Below are positions 16,852 to 29,359 of a stretch of DNA of 64,000 nucleotides, in pieces. Below the pieces are notes generated by a model. The model did no database searches. It was not told the origin of the DNA and saw only the letters and a program-made list of their open reading frames with translations. Location: NCBI GenBank assembly GCA_963791045.1, contig CAWBQK010000002.1, forward strand, positions 32,001-96,000. Direction: 5' to 3'. How positions within the stretch are numbered: position 1 is the first letter of the stretch; each line of letters begins with the position of its first letter. This stretch comes from Candidatus Latescibacterota bacterium (GTDB taxonomy: Bacteria > Krumholzibacteriota > Krumholzibacteriia > WVZY01). A program made the translations under genes and the position numbers.

Positions 16852-19800
16852 TTAATCGCCGCCGTTCATCACCTTGTCCGTGCGGCGGCGGATGCGAAGA
16901 AGCCTCAACAGCCACACAAAGAAGCGGCGAGTGAGGTCGAACGAGTCTTCCACGAGCGTCGTGGTCGTCGGCAGGAGAATCGCCGTCAAGAATGTCGAGG
17001 CAAACAGGCCGCCCATGATAACAAGCGCCATCGGGTAATAGTAGACACTCCCGATCGACGGTTTTTGAACGGCGATGGGAACGAGGCTGATCAGTGTAGT
17101 GATCGCCGTCATCAGAATCGGGCGAAGCCTCTCGCGCCCGCCGCGGATCATCGCTTCGTAACGATCCATTCCTTTGCGGCGGTAGCTATTGATATGTTCG
17201 ATCATTACAATACCGTTATTCACGACGATGCCTATCAGGAGCAGCAACCCCACGGCCGCGGTCGTGTCGAAATCCGTCCCCGTCAAAAACAAAATCCATA
17301 CTGCCCCGCACAACGCAAACGGCAGCGCGATCATGAGCCCGATCGCCTGGCGAACGGATTCAAAGAGCCCGGCCATCACGGCGAAGATCAACGTGAGGGC
17401 AAGCGCCAGATTCACAAGAAATTCCCGTGATTTCTCGGCGCGGTGCTGCTGCCACCGGCCAAACGTCCACCGGTACCCGTACGGCATTTCCATGCTGTTC
17501 ATCGCGGCAGTGATCATCGGCACATACTGCTCCCTCGACCCCTCCTCGTACCGCGCCCCGACCCACACACTCGTCATGCGATCGTCGCGCTGGATACGTT
17601 CAGCCCCGGGCACTTCCTTGAACTCGGCGAGCGAGGCGAGCGGAACCTTCTCTCCATCAGAAGTCCACAACGGGGAGATTGCTCAGCTGCGCCACCGACT
17701 CTGTTTCTTTCTCATCAAGCGTCATTCGCATCTCGCGCTCGCCGTCGGATGTGCGGAACCGCTGCAGTCTGCGGCCGCGGAAGGTGAGCCCCACAACCTC
17801 GGCGGGCTGCATAGGCGACACACCGTATCGTGACGCGAGATTCCGATCGAGCTCGACGTGAAGCTCCTGTCCACCCTGTTCGTTGCTCGACTGCGGATCG
17901 CCAAGACCGGGAATCCCCGCAAGAAGAAGCTTGGCGTCTTCGGCGAGACTGCGCGAGCACTTCGGAGTCTTCGCCGGCTATCTGGAACCAGACCTGTTTG
18001 CCGCCCTGGTGACGCCAGTGCTGCCTGTTCTCCTGCACTTCCAGTTTGACGCCGGCAATCTCGGGCAGGACCTCTTTGAGCCTGGTTCGAACCTTGGACA
18101 TATTTTCGGGTGTCGCGTCGCCCTCGTTGAGATAAATGCGCGTCAGCGACCACCGGTCGCTCCAGAAACTGTAGATCGACCGCGCCTTGAATTCCTCGCG
18201 GTACGGTTCGAGATGCGCTTCAACGCGGGTGACAAGCTTTTCCTTGTTTTCGAGGGTCATCTCTTCGCTGATGTCGTACCTCACCTGAACGAACATTTCG
18301 CTCTCGGTGGTGTCAAAATTCTTTTCCACCTTCATAAACGGGTAAATCGAGATGGCTACGAGCCCAAAACCGACAACCGGCGCCAGCCACCGGTGCCGGA
18401 GGTTGAACGAGAGAAGGCGAACGTATCCGTTTTCGATCGACGTGATCGTTCGGCCGCGCGGTTTCGGCTTCGACCGGATGAACCACGACGTGGCCATCGG
18501 TATAAGCGTCTGGCTAATAAATAGCGACGCGAGAAGCGTGAGACACACCGTGATGCCGAGCTCTTTCAAATAGATATTCATCTCGCTCGGCTTGTTAAAA
18601 ATAAGGGGAAGGAAGACGATCACCGATGTAAGCGTGGCGGCAATCACCGCGGTCGATACTTCACGCGCCCCGAGACGCGAGGCGGTGTGGCGGTCGTACC
18701 CCAGCTCGCGATGACGGAATATGTTCTCCATCACCACCACGGCGTTGTCGACAAGCATCCCAATTCCGACGATCAGCCCCAGAAGAGTCAGCGTGTTGAG
18801 CGTCTTACCCTGCAGCCAGATAATTCCGCAGGTTACTACGAGCGAGAAAGGGATACAAACCGATGCAATAATCGTGGTTCCGACACGGCGCAAAAACCCA
18901 AACAGGATTACTGCGGCGAGGAGCCCGCCGAAGATACCGGTGAACGTCAAATCCTTGAGCGCACCCTTGATTTCATCGCCCTGGCTGAACCACACCAGAA
19001 AATTGATCCCATCGAGTTCGGGATCATCACCCATTGCGTTGATCCGTTCTTCGATCGCGGCACAGACTTCAACGGTGTTGGCTTTTGCCTCCTGACTCAC
19101 CGTGATTCCGACGGCGAAGTCGCCATCGAGATGGCGGCCGTATTCGAGCGGGGGCTCTTCGTAAAGAACGTCTGCGATGTCCGAGAGCCGGAGCCCATCG
19201 GCACGGATGGGGAGATTCCTGATTTCTTCGACATCACTGAAACGCGCCGACCGTGCGGACGGCGAAACGCGACTCGCCCTCGGTGATCTTTCCGAGCGAC
19301 ATGTCGAAGTTGCTGTTTGCAAGTGTTTGCCGGAGCCCCCGGATGTCAACTCTGTGCGCTTCAATGTCGGCGATGCGGAGATTGACCGAACCTCGCGCGG
19401 ATTGACGCCGTCGAGCCGCACCTGCGCGACCCCGGGCGACTCGCTCTATCGGCTTTATAATTTTGCGCTCGAGCAGGTCGTAGCTTTCGCTCAGGTCGCG
19501 TTTGGACGAAATCCGCCCCTCGAGGATCGGCATATCGGCGTCGCGCGAATCCCAGTTGCTCGAAACGGTGATGTCGCCGACGTCATCGGGCAGGTCCCGG
19601 CGTATTCGGTCGATCTTCTCCCACACTTCGACGCGCGCGAGCGACATGTCAGTCGACCAGTCGAACTGGAGGCGGACCATACCGCCGTCGCGGTCGCAGT
19701 GCGCCCACATTTGCCGAAGCCCCTTAACCGAACCCAGAGCGTCTTCGACCGGGCGAACGATCATCCGTTCGATTTGTTCCGGCGATGCGCTCTCATACGG

Positions 19801-19947
19801 CAAACGGACAAAAATGTGGGGTTGTTCGAAATCGGGAAGAAATGCCAGCGGCAGACGGAAGAGCGCTACAAGCCCGAGCACGACGAGACTCACAATAATC
19901 ATCAGCGTCGTGACGTGTCGTTTGATGGCAAGTTCGGGCAGTGTCAT
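16852..19947 (-). CDS. RND efflux permease (AcrB/MdtC-like), split by several frameshifts
   Basis: Fragments 19234-19947, 17715-19421, 17722-18153 and 16852-17670 carry GMLVDNAVVVMEN, GIVVNNGIV and RLRPILMT. Confidence 0.85.
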
Positions 19948-19972
19948 GTTGCGTCTCCTCGGTATCCGGTCA

Positions 19973-22900
19973 TTATACCGTTACGTCTACTTCATTGTCC
20001 GCGGGTGATTCAGCATCTTCGTCCGGCCCCGTCTTCGACGGCACAACCATGTATGCGGCGGGAATTACAACGAGCGTGAGAAGCGTGCTCAGAAAAAGAC
20101 CCGACGCCACGGTGATAGCAAGCGGCGACCGCAGTTCGGCGCCCTCTCCCCAGCTCAGCGCCATCGGCATCAGCGCGAGAATCGTTGTCAATGTCGTCAT
20201 CAAAATCGGCCGCAGCCTCAAGTGGCCCGCGCGAATAACGGCGTCGTACTTGGATACGCCGGCGCGGCGGAGCCTGTTGATTGCATCGATAAGAACGATC
20301 GCGTTATTCACAACGATACCGACAAGCATGATCGTGCCGATGAGAACGATCACCGTGATCGTGGTGCCCGTCGCGAGGAGCCCGGCGATCACACCCACAA
20401 GGGCGAGCGGGATGGTGAACAAAACGATGAAGGGATGGACGAACGACTCGAACGTCGCCGCCATCACGAGATAAACAAGAAAGATCGCCAGCGCCATCGC
20501 GAACCGCAGACTGGCGAACGACGCCTGCATTTCACGGTTCTGGCCGGCGAGTTCAGTTGTAATCCCTGCCGGCGGCGGCGCACTTCGAGCGCGGTGCCGA
20601 TATTATCGATTACCGCTCCGAGGCTTCGCCCCTTCAAATTTGCGGTGATCACGGCGGCGCGCTGCTGCTGGAGCCGGTGAATCTCGGCGGGACCGCGGTC
20701 GAGTTTGACATCGGCGACGGAGAGAAGTCGAATCGGCTGCCCATCGGGACCGGGGAGCACGAGATTTCGGACATCGCCGATGGAACCGCGCGTGATCTCC
20801 TGGTTCCGGATACGCACATCTATCTGGCGGTCTTCCTCCTTGAATCGCGTGGGCACGACGCCCTGAACCCGATTTCTCAGTGTCTCCGAAAGCACGCCCA
20901 TGTCCAGACCCAGCCCGGCGAGTCTGCGCCTGTCAAAGATTACCTGTATTTCGGGGTTCCCCGCTTCGAGCGACGAACGCACGTCGACAAGCCCAGGGAC
21001 CGTAGACAATTCTTGTGCGAGTTCGAGCGAGTAGGCTCGAAGCTCTTCGAGACTTTCGCCGTAGATGACTATCTCGACGGGCGTTTTCAAGCTGAAGTAA
21101 GAGGGCCGTCCAAATTTGACGTCGAGATCGGGAATCGACTCGTACTGCTGGCGAAGACCGACAGTGGTGGCCGTTTCGCCGGCCTGGTCACCGCGTTTTT
21201 TCATGGCGATATTGAGCTGTCCGAGATTCTCCGCTTTTGTATTGAGAGACATTCCACCGGCTATAAGCCGGCTTCCAACGGTCGCGTAATAGTAATCGAT
21301 TTCGTCATCGCCCGATGCGGCCTGCTCCATGGTGGTGATCACGCGGTCGGTCGCGGCAAGCGATGTTCCCTCGGGCATGTTGACTTCAAAATAGAATTCA
21401 CCCTCGCTCAATTGTGGAATCAACTCGGTCCCAATAAACCGGAGTGAAAACAGGGCGGCAAAAAATAGCGCGAACGCCACGGTGAGCGTCGCCCAGCGTA
21501 CACGGATTGCCCCACGGACAAAGCGGTCGTACGCCCGCGAGAACCACCCAAGCGTCATCTTCGCCTCGGTGTCTATAAGGGTCTTGCTGGACATCCCGCT
21601 CATTACTTGCCGCCGATCGCGCTGAGCATCGGGATCATCGTGATGGCCACCACGAGCGACGCGAGCAGACTTATCGTCACCGTCCACGCCTGGTCCTTGA
21701 ACAGCTGCCCCGCGATTCCCTCGACAAAAACGATCGGGAGAAACACGGCCACAGTGGTGAGCGTCGAGGCCACGACGGCGGGGCCCACCTCCGTCGTTCC
21801 GTCGACGGCGGCCGGCACGAGAGCCTCGCCCTTTGCCTTTTTGCGAAAGATCGATTCGAGCACTACGATCGAGTTATCGACGAGCATCCCAATTCCAAGC
21901 GTCAAGCCCCCGAGCGACATGATGTTGAGCGAGATGTCCATCCGATACATTACGAGGAATGTCGCGATCACGGAGAGTGGGATCGACGTGGCGATAATAA
22001 GCGTGCTTCGCAGATCTTTGAGGAAAGCAAACAACACCAGAATGGCGAGAAGCCCGCCAATGAGCGCGGCATTGCGAACTTCGCCGATCGCCTGCTCGAT
22101 AAAATGAGACTGGTCGAACATCACCGTCATCGTGTACCCGGGCGGGAGCTTTTCCTTCCATTCCTCGATCCGCTCCTGAATGAGCCGGGCAACGGTCACG
22201 GTGTTGGCATCACCCTCTTTGTAGAGCGCTACTTCGATACATTCCTTGCCGTTTACGCGCGAAATCTCCTCGCGTTCCTTGGTCCCCATCTGAACCGTGG
22301 CGACATCATTCAAAAGAACGAGACCGTCATCGCTCTGATAGATGATGAGCTCGCCGATCTCCTCGACACTGTCGAATTCGTTGACCGTTCTTATGAGAAA
22401 TTGGCTGTTCTCGCCGCGGAGCGCGCCCCCCGGGAGGTTGACGTTCGACACACCCACGACCTGCTGGATGCGGTCGATCGGTATCCCAAGCGCGGCGAGC
22501 CGCTCCTGGTCGACATTTATCTGCACCTCATCCTCAAGCCCGCCCTTTATCTGCGCGGCGGCAACACCAAGAATGGTTTCGAACTCAGGTTTGATCTTTT
22601 TTTCGGCGAGCCGTCGCATCTCGACCAGATCGTCAGATCCGGAAATGGCGAGCCGCACGATGGGATCGAGAGACGGATCGTAGCGCAGAACGATCGGATC
22701 ATCCGCTTCTTCGGGAAGAAGCAGGCGGTCGATCTTTTCACGGACCTCCATGGAAAGCATGTCCATGTCGGACTTCCAGTCGAACTCGAGCGTGACTTCG
22801 GACACTCCCGGCCGCGACACCGAGTGAATCGTCTGAAGCCCGCGCAGAACCCCAACGGCCTCTTCAACCGGGCGCGTGACGAGATACTCCACTTCTTGCG

Positions 22901-23069
22901 GAGCGGTGTCGGGAAAGTCGGTCTGAACCGTGAGAGACGGATATGTGATGTTTGGAAAAAGTTCGAGCGCGAGCCGCTTGTATCCCACGAATCCAAAAGC
23001 GGCTACCGCGAGGGCAAACATGATGACACTCACCCGGCGGCGCACTGCAAGCGCGACAAATGAGCGCAT
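19973..23069 (-). CDS. RND efflux permease (AcrB/MdtB-like), split by frameshifts
   Basis: Fragments 21603-23072, 20464-21687 and 19973-20530; GMLVDNSIVVLES, RLRPILMT. Confidence 0.87.
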
Positions 23070-24304
23070 CAAGAACCTTCTTTTTTCGCGTGTTCGGCGC
23101 TTGTGGTGTCGGGCGCCGGGCTGGCAACGGGCGCGTCACCAAGAATTTTTATCGGCGAGCCGTGTTTGAGCGAGCGCTGCCCCTTGACGATGATCGGTTC
23201 TCCGTCCGATACGCCGTCGAGGATTTCGGCGTACGCATCGTCTTCAAAACCAACTTCGACCACGCGGCGTTCGGCCGTGCTGTCCGCCGCGACATAAACG
23301 ATCTGATCACCGCGGTCCGTGAAGACAGCTGTTTTTGGAATCAGCGTCCGGCCCTCGCGCCGTTCGGTCACAATGCTTACCTCGGCGAAATCACCGGGGC
23401 GTGTGTTCTTCGGATATTCGACTATTTCAATGGTGACCTTGATCGTCCCGCTACTTGGGTCGATAATCGGGCTCACAAGTTTGATCCGGCCCTGGAGACG
23501 ATCTTTGTTGCTGTCGAGAAGAAGCTGGACCGGTTGATCGGGTTTGAGTTTTTTGAATTCTTTTGAGGGAACGTGAACAATGGCAAGAAGCGGGTTGAAA
23601 TCGGACACAACAAAAAGGGATGTCCCCGCGCTGACATTCTGTCCGACATCGACAAGACGGCGGACGACGGCGCCGGTGAACGGCGCGCGAATCACCGTGT
23701 GGGACAGGTCAAGTCGCGCCAGATCCTCGGCCGCTTCGGCGGCGGCCAACTCGTTCTTGGCCGCTTCGAATTCCTCGGCCGATACCAGCTGTTGTTCGAA
23801 CATTCCGTCGAGACGGCTGTAGCGGTCTTTGAGGCTCGCCGTATTTGCCTCAGCCTGCCGCAAGCGATACTGGAACTCGCTCCCCTCGATCCGGAGCAGG
23901 ACGTCTCCCCTGGTCACCAGGTCGCCTTCTTCACACTCAAGCGCGTCGACCACACCGGTGACACGGGCGAGCATCTCGGCCTCTTTCTCGGGGGCCAATG
24001 TCGCCGTAGCGGTATAATAGCTTGAAATTGAACCAAGTTGCGCCATTTCAACTGCCACGGGAACAGGGGGTTGGCTGGGGCCCTTACCCGGGCCGCCACC
24101 GTTACCAGCGTGCTGTCCGCCTCCCGGACCGCCATTTTGATTGCCGCACCCCGTCACCGAACCCGCGACGAGAACCGCAAGAGTGGCGACCGCCAGGAGT
24201 CGTCCCGGCCGAGCTAAAACCTTATATAATGAGAATCTCGCCGGCCGGCGGCTGTGGGGCGTGCCAAACTCGCCGGGCGCTGAGTGCAAATCGTTTGAAG
24301 ACAT
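23069..24304 (-). CDS. RND periplasmic adaptor (membrane fusion protein)
   Basis: Lipobox VTGC; EGDLVTRGDVL, IRAPFTGAV, RPGDFAEV. Confidence 0.9.
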   Translation of the reverse strand: MSSNDLHSAPGEFGTPHSRRPARFSLYKVLARPGRLLAVATLAVLVAGSVTGCGNQNGGPGGGQHAGNGGGPGKGPSQPPVPVAVEMAQLGSISSYYTATATLAPEKEAEMLARVTGVVDALECEEGDLVTRGDVLLRIEGSEFQYRLRQAEANTASLKDRYSRLDGMFEQQLVSAEEFEAAKNELAAAEAAEDLARLDLSHTVIRAPFTGAVVRRLVDVGQNVSAGTSLFVVSDFNPLLAIVHVPSKEFKKLKPDQPVQLLLDSNKDRLQGRIKLVSPIIDPSSGTIKVTIEIVEYPKNTRPGDFAEVSIVTERREGRTLIPKTAVFTDRGDQIVYVAADSTAERRVVEVGFEDDAYAEILDGVSDGEPIIVKGQRSLKHGSPIKILGDAPVASPAPDTTSAEHAKKEGS

Positions 24305-24319
24305 GGCCTTGCAACCTTC

Positions 24320-24328
24320 TGTGGATAA
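24320..24328 (-). promoter_or_regulatory. Perfect DnaA box just upstream of the RND operon start
   Basis: TGTGGATAA (reverse complement TTATCCACA). Confidence 0.45.
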
Positions 24329-24510
24329 TTATGGGTTGGGTTCAGCTGAATGGCTGATCGCTGCGCCGAGAGGCATGTCCGGGTCATCTCGGCCGGCGAT
24401 CCGCCTGTTGATTTTTAGTACGGAAATACCCCGCTGCTGGTTCCTAATAATATGTAAATACACCACATAAAATGCAAACGTGAACTCGCGGCGCTGCCGA
24501 GGCATTGATA

Positions 24511-24592
24511 GCGCGGGTGGCATCGATGGGGCCCCCGACGCGAACGGAGCGTCAGCGAGTACGCGCGGGGTGATCGATGACAGGACCCGCGC
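24511..24592 (+). repeat. Dispersed palindromic repeat family, backbone-only copy
   Basis: GCGCGGGT...ACCCGCGC termini, rod-like hairpin; shares blocks with 6401, 36237 and 44298. Confidence 0.85.
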
Positions 24593-24606
24593 CCTAGCAG
24601 TGCCGA

Positions 24607-26073
24607 TCAGTCGCTCCGGAGCGCGACCACGGGGTCGACGCGCGCCGCCCGATATGCGGGATAGAGACCGGCAAGCAGACTCACGAGAATACCAAACCCG
24701 AGCGCGAGAAAAATCAGCCATACGGGGAGAGCGAACGGATCGAATACCGGCATTTCTTCACGCTGCATGAATATTTTGAGTACCGCGGCAACAATCTTCG
24801 TCCCCACCCATCCAAACAATATGCCCACCGCGGCGCCCAGTGCACCGATCACACCCGACTCGACGAGAAAGACGAGGCGGATCTCGCGTTCGCCCGCACC
24901 CAGTGATTTCAAGATACCGATTTCGCGGCGGCGCTCCGTGATCGACATCACCATTGTGTTGACGATTCCCAGCGCGGCGGTAAAAAGCGCGATCACGCCA
25001 AGGACGCCGAGACCAACGTAGTAGTACACAAAGAACCTCTGGATCTCTTTCAAGTTCTCCGCAAAGCTGAACGCCCTGTAGCCAAGCGCTTCGACCGAGT
25101 CCGTAACCGTCTCGTGCGACGCGGTCGCTTCCAGGTCGAGCGTCACCCGCCGGTAGCCCCGGCTATCGTCCGTTCCGCCCGGCTGAAAGAGATTTCCGTC
25201 CTGGAGGGCGGTGAGAAGATCCGCCGGATCGCTCGACAGCCCGATCCCCGCGGATCCGAACCGGCGGGCCGTTTCTTCGGGGACGACAATCGGCGCCACT
25301 GCGATCGCGTACTCCTTGAGTTCGTCGCCGACGGCAATGATTGTGAGCGTATCGGCCACGGTCATCTGCCGCGTCATGAGCGCCTCGAAGAAACGAGACA
25401 TGCGGCCGCTGAGTTCGCTACGAACCATCCTCTCCTGATAAGATCTGTCGTGGAGCGAGTCCATGCGGACCATCCGCATAAGTGTAGCCAGCTCGGTTTC
25501 CGGATTGCCGACCGCGCCGGCGATGGCGCTGTCCAAACTCGCCACACGCGTCGTCAACACCATTTCCCTTCCGATAAGCGAGTCGGGGTCGTCGATGCCG
25601 ATCTCCTCGAGAAAACGCGGTGTGAGAATCGCCTCTTTCGCGTCCGCCGCCGAGAAAACAGCGCCGCCCAGAAGCAGTGAAAACGGTTTGATCTTCATCG
25701 CGTCGATCGAGAGCGCCCTCGCGCTAACCGTCACCTGGGTGTCGGCAACCGCGGCGGTCACATCGAAGTCTACATACGGGTAAGCGAACCTTACACCAGG
25801 TATCTCGGTGAGTATCGAGAGCGCGCGCCGGTCAAGTGCCGCCGTTTTTGTGGAATCAGTATCGTCGCCATCTTTGGGATAGACATTTACGCGCGTGAGA
25901 AAACCGAGTTCGTTGTACGCGCCGGTCACCCATTTCTGGTTGCCCGCGGCGAAGGAGAGCATCGCCACAAAGGTCGCGATGGCGATGACGACCCCCGCAA
26001 TGGTCAGCGTCGCCCTTAGCTTGATCCGCCAAAGGCTCCCGATTGACAAGTCTATAAGATCACGAAAGTTCAT
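24607..26073 (-). CDS. ABC transporter permease (MacB/FtsX-like)
   Basis: RATLTIAGVVIAI; GIVNTMVMSITERRREIGILKSLGA; GLYPAYRAARVDPVVALR. Confidence 0.92.
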   Translation of the reverse strand: MNFRDLIDLSIGSLWRIKLRATLTIAGVVIAIATFVAMLSFAAGNQKWVTGAYNELGFLTRVNVYPKDGDDTDSTKTAALDRRALSILTEIPGVRFAYPYVDFDVTAAVADTQVTVSARALSIDAMKIKPFSLLLGGAVFSAADAKEAILTPRFLEEIGIDDPDSLIGREMVLTTRVASLDSAIAGAVGNPETELATLMRMVRMDSLHDRSYQERMVRSELSGRMSRFFEALMTRQMTVADTLTIIAVGDELKEYAIAVAPIVVPEETARRFGSAGIGLSSDPADLLTALQDGNLFQPGGTDDSRGYRRVTLDLEATASHETVTDSVEALGYRAFSFAENLKEIQRFFVYYYVGLGVLGVIALFTAALGIVNTMVMSITERRREIGILKSLGAGEREIRLVFLVESGVIGALGAAVGILFGWVGTKIVAAVLKIFMQREEMPVFDPFALPVWLIFLALGFGILVSLLAGLYPAYRAARVDPVVALRSD

Positions 26074-26105
26074 TTACGTTTTCCGTTGCGTATCCGCGCG
26101 ACCGA

Positions 26106-26780
26106 TCAATCAACGATCTCGCCGTAGTGCATTCGTATGGTGCGCTGCGCGATACGGTTCGACATCTCCGTATCGTGGGTCACCATGACGACCGTCAGGC
26201 CGTCGCTGTGAAGCTCCGATAGTAAACCGGCGATCGAACGCGAGTTCTCTTCGTCGAGGTTCCCGGTTGGTTCGTCCGCAAAAATAATTTCGGGCTGTTT
26301 GACCAGTGCACGCGCGATGGCGACACGCTGCTGCTCGCCCCCCGACAGGTCGACCGGCCGGTGCGTCATTCTGTCGCCCAGGCCCAGGCGTTCCATAATT
26401 GCCGTCGCGCGTTTTCGCCTTTCACGCCGCGGCGTGCCGTTGAAATAAAGCGCCATCTCGACGTTGCGCAGTGCCGACTGATTCGTGAGAAGATTGAACG
26501 ATTGAAAAATCATCCCGACTTTTGTCGCGCGGTAAACCGACAGTTCTTTGCTCGATAGTTTATCCAGCCGGTCGCCGTCGATCTCAATAAATCCTCCCGT
26601 CGGCGTATCAAGCCCGGCGAGAAGATTGAGCAGGGTCGACTTCCCCGATCCCGAAGAACCCACCACACCGATAAATTCGCCCTTATCTATAGACACGCTT
26701 ACACGGTCCACGGCGCGCACTTCGTGGCGTGCGCGCTGGTAGTACCGGCAAAGATCCGTCGTCTGGATCCACGGACTCAT
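26106..26780 (-). CDS. ABC transporter ATP-binding protein (LolD/MacB-like)
   Basis: [33 protein letters not shown]. Confidence 0.93.
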   Translation of the reverse strand: MSPWIQTTDLCRYYQRARHEVRAVDRVSVSIDKGEFIGVVGSSGSGKSTLLNLLAGLDTPTGGFIEIDGDRLDKLSSKELSVYRATKVGMIFQSFNLLTNQSALRNVEMALYFNGTPRRERRKRATAIMERLGLGDRMTHRPVDLSGGEQQRVAIARALVKQPEIIFADEPTGNLDEENSRSIAGLLSELHSDGLTVVMVTHDTEMSNRIAQRTIRMHYGEIVD

Positions 26781-27871
26781 TCGCTTATCCGCCCATCTTC
26801 GATCTTGTACACCCTGGCACTCCCGTCATTTCCCCAATCCATCATTACAGGTGTTGTAACAAAAATCTGGTGGCCGTTCTCGAGAACATTCCGGAGCCGC
26901 TCGCTGACTTGTTCGTCAAGTTCAGAGAAGAGGTCGTCGAGAAGCAACACGCATGGTTCGTTGAGTTTTTCCTCCATATACGAAAGCTCCGTCAATCGAA
27001 GCAAAACAGAAACAAGACGCCGTTGCCCTTGCGAACCAAACCGGCGGACATCGTGATCATCCAGAATGATTCTTATATCGTCACGGTGCGGGCCGATAAG
27101 AGTCGTCTTGCGCCGCGATTCTTCTTCCTCTAAGTCTACGAGTCTCGCCGTGAAATGTTCCTCACGAGCAACACCTTCCGGAATGTTTTCGACGAGATCC
27201 GATTCGTAGCGAACATCGATATTGTATCCGAGATCGAGTTCCAGAACGTGTTGTTTTAAATGATCGAACAGCGCCTGGACAAGATCGATTCTCTTGGCTA
27301 TTAACGCGCACCCGCGCGTAACCAATTCCTCGTCCCATACGCGCCGCGAAGACCGTGACCCGCGCGATTTCAAAAGAGCATTCCTCTGCGTGAGCACACG
27401 CCGGTACAAGCGAAGATCATCGAGGTATATCCTGTCCGTCATGCTCCCCGTCATATCCAGGAAGCGGCGGCGCTCGGTGGGAGCGCCAGACGACAGCGCC
27501 AGGTCATGGGGACCAAAAAGAACACACGGGTAGCGTCCAACAAGGTCGGAGAGTTTAGGAAGTTCCTTCTCGGCTACTTTAACACGCTTGTCGCCCCGGC
27601 GTTCGATGGACATGCGCGAACGACGTCATCACCACCCGCTGCAATATTCAACGGATATTTCGACTCGGGAAAAAGCCTCTTCGAATTTTATAAGGTCGTT
27701 ATCACGGCTGGTTCGAAACGAGCGGCCAAATTTAAAAAGCGAGAGTGCTTCGAGGATGTTTGTTTTACCCTGGCCATTATCTCCGACAAAGAGATTAACC
27801 CCGGCCGAAAATGACACCGGTTCGTGAACGAGGTTTCTGAAATGAGTGGTGGATGGCCGTGTTATGTGCAA
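26777..27871 (-). CDS. recF: DNA replication/repair protein RecF (locally disrupted near 27615-27635)
   Basis: GDNGQGKTNILEAL, RSFRT, RRRFLD, GPHRDD, GSQGQRR, LLDDLFSELD. Confidence 0.9.
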
Positions 27872-27895
27872 AGGAATGGATGACCCTTTACCAGA

Positions 27896-29008
27896 TCAGT
27901 CGTTGAGCCTCAGCGGCATCAACAAACAGTGGTACTGGAGATCCTCCACGTCTCCAACCGGGGAGAAGCATTCCGGCATTGTCACTCCTGTCGAGCAGGA
28001 AAGTCACATCGTCGGTTTCCATTGTTTTCAGAATATCAAGCAGATACCGAGCGTTGTAACCGATATCCATCGGATCATGCGCGAACGCGCAGTGGACCTC
28101 TTCAACCGCCTCGCCGACATCCGGTGTGTTGACGCTTATCGTCATTGCGTCCTTGCCAACAGCGAGCTTTACCTGGTGTGTGATGACACTCGAGAGAATC
28201 GCGACTCGTTTGCACGCGTCCGTGAACTCTTCTCTGTTAACAACAAGTTCTTTCTCGTTGCTCTTGGGTATCACCTGTGTGTAGTCGGGGAAACGGACCC
28301 TCAAGAAGACGCGAGTAAATAATACTGTCTTCGAGATCAAATGTGACATGGTTCTCAGCGAATACAATCTTGACTTGTTCTTTGTTATCGATAAGAGACT
28401 TTAAAAGATTGAGCGCCTTTGGCGACACAATGAAATCTTTACCTTCCACGTTGCCGTAATCCGCCTGTGCGAATAACTCGCGATAATCTGTGGCCGTCCG
28501 TCGCCACCATCGTCAATGTATCCTTGGCAACGACCCACAACACGCCGCAAAGCGCCGGCCGAGTTAGATCGTTGGATACCGCATAGATGGTCTTAGAGAT
28601 CATATCGTTTATCACCGGTGTGTCGATGGAAATAGTCGCGATCGATTTTTGCTCAGGAAGTTTTGGAAACTCATCCGCCGCTTTCCCTACCATCCGGAAA
28701 CGACTCTTGCGACACTTGACCGAAACCTTATCGCCTTCGACTTTGATTTCTACTTTGTCATCGGGAAGCGAGCGCACGATTTCAAAAAACTTTTTACCAG
28801 GGACCGCAACCTTTCCTTCGACTTCAACATCGCAATCAAGAATGGTTGTTAGTGATACATCAAGATCATTCGCGGTTAAATACACCTTTCCCTTTTTTGC
28901 TTCCATCAAAAAGGTTGAAAGAATAGGGAGCGATGTTTTTGTAGGAACGACTGACGCGATGCCCTGAATCTTTTTGGTCAGTAGCTTTTGATCCACTGAA
29001 ACCTTCAC
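27896..29008 (-). CDS. dnaN: DNA polymerase III beta clamp (frameshifted)
   Basis: LPILS, ANDLD, EFPKLP, VATDGHRL, RLLEG-FPDY, GYNARYLLD, LLMPLRL spread over several frames. Confidence 0.92.
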
Positions 29009-29062
29009 AACCAAACCTCCTGAATTTCCGATGATTAAATTTCAATTTTGAGACGTCAGAGA

Positions 29063-29091
29063 ACTATAAAGGAACTTCGGTCTGCTTTCAA
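29063..29091 (-). promoter_or_regulatory. Sigma70-like promoter for dnaN
   Basis: TTGAAA-17 nt-TATAGT. Confidence 0.55.
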
Positions 29092-29149
29092 CCCCTCGAA
29101 AAAGCCATCGAGAAAGGCTCTCGCGTGGAGGGAAAGAGGGCTAAGAGTT

Positions 29150-29359
29150 CTGCTTCTGTTTAATAAAGAATAATACAGAAGTAGTAGTAGGCACTGTTGA
29201 TATGTTGGTAGATCGCCCTCTTTGTTTTATCACAGCGGGTTCAACCTGTGGAGCGATGTGAAACGTTTGTTTTGTGAATGTCGTTAAGGTTGTTGTTATC
29301 CCCGGGGGTGTCGGTATTAACAAACATTCCACATCACATATCCACGATGGTTGATAACT
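29150..29359. other. oriC unwinding region (DnaA boxes, DnaA-trios, AT-rich tract) between dnaA and dnaN
   Basis: Minus strand CTACCAACA/ATATCAACA-GTGC-CTACTACTACTTCTG-TATTATTCTTTATTAAA; further degenerate boxes at about 29248, 29325 and 29338. Confidence 0.8.

Noticed and set aside
27626-27631. In-frame TGA TGA inside recF as possible selenocysteine or recoding
   Set aside because: No Cys/redox context; better explained by a pair of compensating indels around 27615-27635
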